Shown one piece after another: positions 40,407 through 50,330 of a DNA stretch of 64,000 nucleotides. Every line of letters starts with the position of its first letter. The stretch's first letter is position 1. The stretch lies in contig NC_087437.1 in assembly GCF_036321535.1 (NCBI RefSeq), positions 83,144,001 to 83,208,000 of the forward strand, given 5' to 3'. The translations under genes and the position numbers were made by a program. The notes below the pieces were generated by a model. That model was not told where the DNA came from, searched no databases, and saw only the letters and a list, made by a program, of their open reading frames with translations. Source of the stretch: Camelus dromedarius (taxonomy: Eukaryota).

Positions 40407-40720
40407 GAATGAATGTGCAGCCTGTGAAGCATGAGATCAGGCTCGAGTTTGTAGCTCCATGGAATTCTGCTACAGAGTTCGAGTGAGTCCCAACCTGCAG
40501 TTCCATGGTGACCTCATACGGCTCAGGGTGGTATCGGTCCCTCAGGGTCCCGATCAGAGTCAGTGGCTTATACTGGCCCACCAAAGCTAAGAGGCACCTT
40601 CGTCCCCATGAGGGGAGCAGCCAGGCAGATGTAGCAAAAACCCTCCCTTGTCTTGTCTGCGACACCGGCACAGGGTGGCTACACTGGGAGGGAAAGGGAG
40701 GTAAAACAGCCAATGAGTCA

Positions 40721-41216
40721 ATGCCCCCTGTGCCCTCAGAGGCTAGAATGCTATTTCTTTGAGAAAGCCTCCTACTTGGCTCTGTCACAGAACACCCAAG
40801 ACTTATTGTTCCCCTACTGAACTGACCCAAGGAGTGCCCCTTTTGCCTAGCCTCAGACCCCCAGGATTTGAGTTTAGAAGATGAATTTCTTCAGGACTGG
40901 GCTCACCCGGCCTTGGAGGTCCCCTTTCTAGTCCATTTGTTTTGCCGTCAGGCTTCTCCCACGCCCTTGGTACGTTAGTTCAGGATGTAGAGAGGATTTA
41001 GTGAGGAAGCCTCTGGAACTGCTTGAGGCCTTGAGCTCCAGAGACATCAGCTGTGACTGGAACCCAGACTCCCTGATGAAATTAACCTTCAAAGAACTAA
41101 TAGACCCAGCAAGAGAGTGGTCTTTCTGGGAACTCTGGTGTTTTGAAGAGTGAAGAAGGAAAAGATATAAAGGCTACCTTCCCAAACACCCAAAGCAACA
41201 GATCTATTATCCTTAA
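40721..41216 (+). pseudogene. putative decayed pre-gag accessory ORF (~164 aa)
   Basis: Hand reconstruction needs 3 TGA read as CGA and one +1 frameshift near 40952; ends at TAA 13 nt before the gag ATG. Confidence 0.5.
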
Positions 41217-41229
41217 ACATCTAGACAGA

Positions 41230-42802
41230 ATGGGAGGCTCGAAGTCAAAACCCACCACCCTAGGCTGCATGATTAAGGATTTCAAAAAGGGATTCTCAGG
41301 AGACTATAGAGTTTGAATGACCCCTGGCAGGATTTGCACTTTTTGTGAGCTTGAATGGCTGACCTTTGGAGTCAGGTGGCCCTCAGGAGGAACTCTGGAC
41401 CTAGCAACAGTGCGAGCAGTCTATCAAATAATCACTGGAACCCCAGGCCACCCAGATCAATTCCCTTACATTGACTCCTGGCTGAATACTGCCCAGACTC
41501 TACCCCCATGGATTTGGTTCTGCTCAAATGGACCTGGACAATGCAAGTTATTAGCAGCTAAGCCGGTCCAGGCCAAAAAGACAGATAGAGAAAAGCCTAT
41601 TTTCCAGGGAGACACAGAGGACGAGATGTGCCTGCCCCCTCCGTGTACGCCTGGGGCACCGACACCTCCGGTCCCACTGGAGACACCGCCACCCTCTGGG
41701 TCACCACCTCCCCAACCTTAGGACCCAGAGGCAGAGCCCAGCCCCCAGCCTGAGCCTGTAGGAAGGAGACTCCGCTCAGCACAAGCCGGGAGACCAGCAC
41801 CGCCGGCCCTCCAAATGCCGCTGCAGGAGACACAAGGGCCGCAGCAAGTTGGGGAAGACGGGACTGTTCAGCCCGGGCACCCTGTACTCTACTACCAACC
41901 TTTTAGCACCACAGACCTTCTCAATTGGAGCCATCACACTCCTTCCTACTCTGAAAAGCCGCAGGCTATGATTGACCTCGTAGAGTCTATCTTCCATTCT
42001 CACCGGCCCACCTGGGAAGATGTCTGCCAGCTGCTTCTGACTCTTTTCAATAGGGAGGAGAGGACGCATTCTCACTGAAGCACGAAAATGGCTGCAGGGC
42101 CGAGCCCCCGGGGACACAGTGGATGTTGAGGGGTTGGCCATGTCACGGGCCCCTGACATTAGACCAGATTGGGACTTTAACACCCAAGAAGGAAGAGAAG
42201 CACTGCATGAGTACTGGGAGGCCATACTATAAGGGCTAAGAGCAGGAGCCAAGAAGACACCTAACATGTCTAAAACGAACATGGTGACAGAGGCCAGACG
42301 AAACCCCCACTGAGTTCTATGAGAGACTATGTGAAGCATTCTGAGTCTACACTCCCTGAGGCCCAAGAAAACCAGCGGATGGCCAACACTGCCTTCGTGG
42401 CCCAATTGTGCCCAGATATATGCTGGAAACTCTAGAAACTGGATGGATTCGCAGGGATGAACGCTATACAGCTGCTGGAAGTAGCAAACAAAGTTTTTGT
42501 AAACTGAGAACGGGAAGCCCAACGAGAAGCAGACCAGCGAATGAAGCAGAAAGCCACACTCCTTGCAGCAGCCCTGGGGAAAACAGGCTTCAGCCAGAAT
42601 CCTGCACCCCCCACCGGAAGAGGGGACCCCGACCATGGGTGCCTCTGGGCGGAGATCGATGTGCATATTGCCGGGAGACAGGACACTGGAAGAATGGGTG
42701 CCCAAACAGAGAGGATGGGAAGACAGCCCCCTGCAAAAGGCCTCCTTATCAGCTGGAGCCACTAGTAATTGCATCAGATTGGCTAGGGTTGATTCAGAAT
42801 AG
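41230..42802 (+). pseudogene. gag: ERV gag (HERV-E/ERV3-like), disrupted
   Basis: MGGSKSKPTTLGCMIKDFKKGFSGDY (myristoylation Gly); TFCELEW..FGV.WPSGGTLD; CA YYQPFSTTDLLNW...PTWED; single Zn knuckle CAYCRETGHWKNGC at 42660-42701; TAG at 42800 followed by pro (gamma-type readthrough junction). Confidence 0.93.
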
Positions 42803-45800
42803 GAGAGACCAGGCTCCCCCAGAAGCCCAAGGTCAAAATGTTGATAGGGGGCCAACCAATGACTTTTATGGACACAGAAGCAGAGTATAGACCCCATGAC
42901 CAAGAAAAAGGCGACTATTATAGGGGCTACTGGGGACTCGACTGCCTGCCATTTCTGCCAGCTACGATTCTGTCAAGTAGGGGGCCATCTAGTGACACAT
43001 GAATTTTTATACTTGCCTGAATGCCTGATACCATTGCTCGGAAGAGACCTTCTATCTAAATTGGGAGCACAAATTACCTTCGTCCCCGGGAAACAGGCAC
43101 ATCTGACCCTAAGGGGAGAAGCTATGATTCTAGCCATCTCAGTTCCCCGAGAAGAAGAATAGCATCTATATGAGAGTAGAGAACTCCAGGAAAATCCTAA
43201 CAAACTCCTGGAAGAGTTTCCATTAGTCTGGGCTGAGAATGGGCCGCCAGGCTTGGCACATAATCAGGCACCACTGGTGATTGACCTCAATCCTGGAGCC
43301 AGCCCGGTCAGACAGAAGCAATATCCCATGCCTCAAGAGGCTCACCTAGGAATCGAGAAGCACATACAGCGCCTCTGACAAGAGGGAATCCTAACCAAGT
43401 GCAGATCTCTTTGAAACACATCGTTGCTCCCGGTGAAGAAAGCTGAAGGAATAGATTATAGGCCAGTTCAGGACTTACGAAAAGTAAGTGAACTAGTCAC
43501 TACAATACATCCAGCAGTGCCAAATCCATACACTCTTCTAGGCCTCATTCCAGCAGGCGCCAAATGGTTTACATGCCTAGACCTTAAAGACGCTTTCTTC
43601 TGTCTTTGACTCTTACCTGTGAGCCAGCCCATATTCGCATTTGAATGGGAGAATCCCCATACAGGAGAGAAAACTCAACTGACATGGACATGTCTCCCCC
43701 AAGGCTTTAAAAACTCGCCCACCTTGTTCGGAGAGGCACTAGCTGCAGACCTTGTAAAATTCCCTGGGGAGACATTGAACTGTACTCTGCTCCAGTATGT
43801 GGATGACTTGCTGTTAGCCAGCCCCAGTGAAGAGGACTGTTGGAGAAGAACTTGAGCCCTCCTAGGGTTACTCTAAACAACTGGGTACAAGGTCTCGTGG
43901 AAAAAGGCCCAGATCTGCAAAAAGACAGTCAAATACCTGGGATTTATTATCTCAGAGGGACACCGAGCCCTAGGACCAGAGTGAAAACAAGTTATTTGCG
44001 CCATACCCAGACCAGAAACAAAAAGGAAACTGCGAGAGTTCCTGGGCGCAGCTGGGTTTTGCCAGATCTGGATCCCCAGGTTTTCAAGAATAGCCAAGCC
44101 CCTCTACAAAGCAACTGCTGGATCAGGAAAGGAAACCCTCAAATGGGAAACTGAACAAGAAAATGCCTTTAGGCAATTAAAGGAACCGCTCACCCAAGCC
44201 CCAGCACTAGGCTTACCAGATGTAACGCGAGAGTTTAACCTGTTTGTGCATGAAAGAGACCAAACCGCTCTCGGAGTCCTGACTCAGAATGTGGGGCCAT
44301 GGCAGCGCCCTGTGGCCTACTTGTCTAAAAGACTGGACCCTGTAGCATCAGTATGGCCACCCTGTCTACGGGCCCTCGCTGCCACAGACTCCCTGGTCAA
44401 CAAGGCAGACAGACTCACCCTGGGACAGACTTTAAATGTAAAAGTGCCCCATTCTGTGGTGGCCCTGATGAACAGCCCAGGTTACAAATGGATAACTAAC
44501 ACAAGAATGACCCACTACCAGGGGCTTCTATGTGAAAATCCAAGAGTCCGTCTAGAGACTGTGAACCTTAAACCCAGCCACATATTTGCCTGAGAGGGAA
44601 GGGTGGCCTGACCACGACTGCAAAGAAATCATCGAAGAAGTGTACGTGAGCAGGCCTGATCTAACCGACAAGCCCCTGCAAAACCCAGACCTGGAACTTT
44701 TCACAGACAGCAGCAGTTATGTGCAGGATGAACAATGGCAAGCAGGTTATGCTGTAACAACAACCCAAGAGGTAATAAAGGCAGAGTCCCTTCCCCCAGG
44801 ATGGTCTGCTCAGCGAGCAGAGATCTGGGCACTGGTCCAGGCACTAAGGGAAGGGAAAGGAAAATGAGTCAATATATACACTGATTCCAAATAAGCATTT
44901 GCAACCTTGCATGTACATGGAGCCGTCTATAAGGAGAGAGGACTTTTGACTGCTGGGGGAAAGGAAATCAAAAACAAAGAAGAAATTTTACAGTTACTGG
45001 AGGCAGTATGGGATCCAAAGGAAGTGGCTGTTATTCACTGTAAGGGACACCAAAAAGGAAATGACCCTGTGAGCCAGGGGAACAGGCTGGCTGATCAAAA
45101 GGCAAGAGAGGCAGCCACCCAGAAACACCCAGTAATGAAAATTATGGCAACACCAGAGCTACCCACTGCCCCAGAATATAGCCACGATGAAAACAAGTGG
45201 GCACAGGCCGAACAAGGGAAGAAAGGAAAGGATGGATGGTGGATCATAATGGATGGAAGGGTTTTCATCCCAGAACGACTAGCTTATCGCATAGTACAAC
45301 AACAACACGAAGCCACACATATGGGAAAAACGGCTTTGTAGGCCCTGCTGAAGTGGTATTTCCTGATTTCTCGTCTCCCTACTCTGTGTGCATCAGTCTC
45401 CCAACGCTGCTTGCTCTGTGCTCAAAACAATCCAAAACAAGGGCCCACTGGGCCAACGGGAATACAACGATGTGGATTGGCTCCCTTTGAAGATTTAGAA
45501 GTGGACTTTACTGAACTTGGGCCCAGTAAGGGATATAAGTACCTGCTGGTTTTTGTCTGCACCTTCACAGGGTGGGTAGAAGCCTACCCCACCAGGACAG
45601 AGAAAGCAAGGGAGGTGACAAAGGCTCTCCTCAGGGATGTCATCCTTCGGTCTGGAATGCCTACCTCCAGCGGGTCCGACAATGGACCCGCCTTCGTGGC
45701 AGAAATTGTACAGCAAGTTGCAAAGACACTGAGCATCCACTGGAACCTACACACAGCATACCAGCCTCAAAGCTCAGGGAAGGTAGAATGAATGAACAGA

Positions 45801-46293
45801 ACTCTAAAAATAAATGATAGCTAAAATCAGCCAGGAAACCCAGCTCCCCTGGGTGGACATTTTACCCCTGGCTCTGTTGTGAATTAGATGCACCCCAAGA
45901 TTTAATATTGGGTACTCTCCCTTTGAAATCCTCTATGGGTTTCACCTTTAGTTTTCACCACCACCTTTAGTCAGGATGGGAAATCCCACCCTGGAGATAG
46001 GAAATTTAGGGCTCCACCAACAACTGTTGGGACTAGGACAAGTACTATGGGAAATTTGGGATTGGGTAATAGAGAGAACCCCCATTTCATTAGGAGTCCA
46101 AGTCCATCCCCATAAACCAGGTGACCAAATATGGGTGAAGGACTGGGAAAAGGAACCTCTGAAACCAACATGGAAGGGACCATATTTAGTGGTATTAACT
46201 ACCCCTACAGCTGTTAAAGTTGCAAGAATCATCCCTTGGATCCACCACTCCAGGGTTAAGAGAGCGACTTCACCACAGACAGAGAGTCCCTAG
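42803..46293 (+). pseudogene. pol: ERV pro-pol (PR, RT, RNase H, IN), disrupted
   Basis: [29 protein letters not shown] at 43796-43807; LFTDSSS, SAQRAE, HCKGHQ; IN VDFTE/SDNGPAF/GKVE; WKGPY...WIHHSRVK. Many stops. Confidence 0.96.
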
Positions 46294-46439
46294 AAAATTG
46301 AGAGCGTCCCAGGAGACTTGCTCAAGATCAATATCAAGAGGGGCCAGAGAAGGATTGATGAGACCTGCTCTAGCCACACCTGGAAGCTGGCTAGTCAACG
46401 CATGGCCGAAGCTTGAGGAAAGCGCAACGAAACTGTTAA

Positions 46440-46616
46440 ATGTATTCCTCTTGTGCTCCCTTGCCTCTTTCCTTGTTTGCTGTACTAGCCTGAGTATTAG
46501 CGGTGGGTCTGGCCAGCACCACCCCACCTGACTGGAATATAGGCCATAGGATCCTGATAGCTATTTTATACCTTGTTATAACTAGTGCCATCACTGCAGC
46601 ATCATGTCTAAGATAA
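46440..46616 (+). pseudogene. putative small membrane-protein ORF between pol and env (58 codons, one internal stop)
   Basis: MYSSCAPLPLSLFAVLA*VLAVGLASTTPPDWNIGHRILIAILYLVITSAITAASCLR*; overlaps the env ATG by 13 nt. Confidence 0.5.
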
Positions 46617-48097
46617 TCATAAGGCTGATGTTACTGACGCTAATGCCCTCACTCCCCTTGGCTGTACAATGCACCTACACTGAACTGGGTGACAGGTGGT
46701 CCGTGTACCGACCTGTATTTTCAGCTTACTTATCAGCCGAGTCAATGCTATGACTCCACTTCAGAGTGCACGTAGCAGGGAAGATCCTACTGGATCGGCA
46801 CAATTAAGGCTTATTATGTATCTGGCATCAAGTGCTATGGCACACCCGGCAAGCTGGTGTGCTGGACCAAGCAAACACATGGGATGAGTGATGGAGGAGG
46901 GATTCAGGACCAGGCACGCTGGCAAGCAGTCCAACAAGCAGTCCAGAGGCAACACCAGAAATTATTACTTACCTGGGAGCCAATAAAGCTTCCAACTTTA
47001 GCCAAGCCTCAGGATCTAGATCCACAAATAAATGGGCTGTTAGCCACAGTCCATGGGATTCTCAATCATTCCAATCCAGACTTGGCTAAAGATTGCTGGC
47101 TATGCTTGCATCCCTGCCCCATCCAGCACCTGGCCTTACCTCTGACAAACCTCACTAAAACTTTTACTATGACTAATAGCGATGCTGCCTCTACCACTAG
47201 GAGTTCCAGGCTAAACTGGGTACAGCTCGCCTACAAGGCACCAGAATGTTATTTCAATAATGGAACTAATCCTTTAGAGGGCAAACTAACTATAAAACAA
47301 TGTATTAAATCCTCACACTGTATGGGTTTAGGGTGCCAGCCCACACAAGGATGGTGCCCTAATAATGGGACTTATTTTGTGTGTGTGGTGAATTTGCCTA
47401 CCGATGCCTCCCTGCCGGGTGGGCAGGGTTATGTGCTTTGGCTTATCTCACTCCCCGAATGGACGTTATGCCTAATAATCAAAGTCCACCCATCCCTGTC
47501 GTAACTCACCAGCATCCATGGAGAATAAAATGAACCATACAGCTGAACCCCTTGCTAGTGGGGCTTGGAGTGGCAACAGGGGTGGACACGGGAATCGGTG
47601 GCATAGCCTCATCCTCTTATTACTATTAACAGCTTACAGGTGAGTTCAGCCAAGATCTCCAATGAATAGCAGAAACCCTGGGAGCTCTGCAAAATCAGAT
47701 TGACTCTGGCAGAGGTGGTCTTACAAAACAGGAGGGGTCTGGACCTACTCATGGCCAAAGAGAGGGGACTATGCCTCTTCCTAAATGAAGAGTGCTGTTT
47801 TTATGCCAATCAATCAGGAATTGTCAGAGGGATGGTTCAAAAGTTACAAGACTGAGTGGAAAAGAAGAAACATATTTTAGATAAGAGCCCATGGACAGGC
47901 CCCAGAGATGGACCTCCTGGCTGGCACCGTTCATAAGTCCCTTGCTCCTGATTTTTGCAGTTCTGCTATTTGGGCCCTGTGTCCTAAACTTCCTGACCCG
48001 CTTTGTCAGTGAGCGGGTAGAGGCTATAAAACTTCAGATGTTAGCTTCCAATTATGAGCCCTTGCAACAGATAAGTGATGATGCTTACTCCAACTAG
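46604..48097 (+). pseudogene. env: ERV env, gamma-type, RDR/syncytin-1-like, disrupted
   Basis: Signal peptide MSKIIIRLMLLTLMPSLPLA; SDGGGIQDQAR at 46887-46919; CWLC at 47094-47105; furin site RIK(R>stop) at 47522-47533; fusion peptide; [22 protein letters not shown]6CC; TM LAPFISPLLLIFAVLLFGPCVL. Three frameshifts and several stops. Confidence 0.93.
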
Positions 48098-48112
48098 GGT
48101 TGTGAAAGCATC

Positions 48113-48124
48113 AAGAGGAGGGAA
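48113..48124 (+). promoter_or_regulatory. polypurine tract
   Basis: AAGAGGAGGGAA immediately before the TG of the 3' LTR. Confidence 0.9.
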
Positions 48125-48549
48125 TGAGAAGGAAAAGACAAGCTCAGCTAAGAAGCTAACTCGTAAATCTAAGTATAACAAGTGTTGGTTTGCTGATTCA
48201 CTGCTCATGGTTTTTTGTTTTGTTTTGTTTTGTTTTGTTTTGTTTTGTTTTGTTTTGTTTGTTTTTGCTAACCAGCTGGATTTTCAAAGAGACATATCTG
48301 GCCTTGAAATGTTGGTTTGCTGCCTCCCTGCCTCTACTTTTGTGATAATGATGCTGCTAAAGCTATTCCATGCCTATTGGCCGAATACCCCAAGCTTGTA
48401 ATTAACCCTATAAAGCTTTATGCACACGTCTTGGAGGTGCTCAGAGCTTCAGAGTAGAAGCCCCTCTGAGCCTGCTGGCGTAATAAATCTGAGTACTCCA
48501 ACCCTCCAAGTGGTGCTTGTTTCTTGGCTGGCCTGTTGTTTCCGTACCA
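48125..48549 (+). repeat. 3' LTR (425 bp)
   Basis: Colinear with the 5' LTR; contains a (TTTTG)n expansion at 48210-48266. Confidence 0.97.
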
Positions 48550-49721
48550 GTTTTATTGTTTCATTTAGCAGTATGCTTTTTTTCTTTTCGGTTTTTGCGT
48601 ATCTATTGTGGGGTTTTGATGAGTGGCTACCCTGGGGTTCATAAACGTTGACCTGTCTTATACCTTACTCTTTTAAACTACTTATCATTTCAGTTCATAC
48701 ACATTCTAAATGATCTACACTTTTTACTCCCCGTGACAATTTGTGGTATTGATGTTATATTTTACATCTTCATGCTTATCTCTTAATTTTAGTTATAATT
48801 TATTTTACAATTTTTTTGGTGTTTTAATCTACATAGTGGCGTATTCAATTTGTTGATCCACTGTCCTTAGTATGTATTTCCCTTTCCTTGTGGGGTTTTT
48901 CCCTTTCCTATAGGTTCTTTCTTCTTTTCCATTTAGAGAAGAGGCTTCAACATTTCTTCCCTGTAGATTTAGTATTGGTAAATTCTTTTAGTTTTTGTTT
49001 GGGAAGTTCTTTATCTCTCGTTCTAAATGATAATCTTGCTGGGTAGAGTATCTTACACTGCAGGCTTTTCCCTTTTAGTGCTTTGAATATATCATGCCAC
49101 TCACTTCTGGCCTGCAAAGTTTCTTCAGGGAAATCAGCTGATGACCTTATGGGGATTCCCTACTATATGACTGTTTTTCTCTTGGTGCCTTTAGAATTTT
49201 CTCTTTCTCTTTCGCCATTTTAATTATGATAAGACTTGGTGTAGGTCTGTTTGCGTTCATCTTGTTTTGAAGTTTCTGTGCTTCCTGTACGTGGGTATCT
49301 GTTTGCTTCTTCAGCTTAGGACAGTTTTCAGACATAATTCCTTCAAATATATTTTTGATCTCTTCTCTTTTTCTTCTCCTATAACCCCTATAATGCAAAT
49401 ATTGGAACACTTGATATTACCTGAAAGATCTCTTAAATTGTTTTTATTTTTAAATTTGTTTTTCTTTCTGCTGTTCTGATTGGTTGATTTTTATTATTGT
49501 GTTTTCCAGGTCACTTATGTGTTCTTCTATATCAGTTTGTCTACTATTCATTCCTTCTAGTGTGTTTTTTAATATCCGCTAGTGAATTACTGTTGATTGC
49601 ATCTTTTTAAAACATATTTTCCAGACCCTTGTTAAAATGTTCAGTTTTTAGATCAATTCTTTTTCCTAATTCAGTTTATATTTGTAATTTTATTACATAT
49701 TTTTGAATTTTTTATTTGGTA

Positions 49722-50330
49722 AATTTATTTATTTATTTATTTAACATTTTTGAATTGAGTTACAGTCATTTTTCAATTTGAATGTGTCAAATTCCAGTGT
49801 AGAGCACAATTTTTCAGTTATGCATGAACATACATATATTCATTGTCACATTTTTTTCCCACTGTGAGCTACAACAAGATCTTGTATATATTTCCCAGTT
49901 CTTTACAGTATAATCTTATTTATCTATTCTGCTTATGCCTGTCAGTATCTACAAGTTTTGAAATCCCAGTCTGTCCCTTCCCATCCCCCACCCCCTTGGC
50001 AACCACAAGTGTGTATTCTATGTCTATGAGTCTATTTCTGTTTTGTATTTATGTTTGTTTGTTTGTTTGTTTTTAGATTCCATATATGAGTGATCTCATA
50101 TGGTATTTTCCTTTCCCTTTCTGGCTTACTTCACTTAGAATAACATTCTCCAGGGACATACATGTTGCTGCAAATGGCGTTATGTTGTCGGTTTTTATGG
50201 CTGAATAGTATTCCATTGTATAAGTATACCACATCTTCTTTATGCAGTCACCTATTGATGGACATTTATGCTGTTTCCATGTGTCAGCTATTGTAAATAG
50301 TGCTGCTATGAACATTGGGGTTCAGGTGTA
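49722..50330 (-). mobile_element. 5'-truncated young L1 3' end nested in an L1
   Basis: (TTTA)n tail, 3'UTR, ORF2 C-terminus (MFIAALFTIADTWKQHKCPS...LENVILSEVSQ). Confidence 0.9.

Larger units (their letters stand above)
39567..48549 (+). mobile_element. full-length class I (gamma-like) endogenous retrovirus, defective
   Basis: Two TG...CA LTRs, 4-bp TSD GTTT (39563-39566 and 48550-48553), PBS, gag-pro-pol-env, PPT. Confidence 0.97.

Noticed and set aside
40520..40592. Short 5S rRNA-like words in the ERV leader (CAGGGTGGTAT antisense; CCCGATC and AAGCTAAG sense)
   Set aside because: Matches are 7-11 nt and in mixed orientation; not distinguishable from chance.
40713..40820. Alternative pre-gag start MSQCPLCPQRLECYFFE with a CxxC
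   Set aside because: That frame hits several stops, including TAG, within 220 nt; the 40721 frame needs fewer repairs. Only a family consensus can exclude it.
43150..46293. Trp-to-stop changes (43160, ~43412, 46291) as APOBEC3 hypermutation
   Set aside because: Too few; most stops fit CpG decay and many TGG codons survive.
46604..48097. env as a co-opted syncytin at this locus
   Set aside because: Three frameshifts, several stops and a destroyed furin site; it is as decayed as gag-pol.
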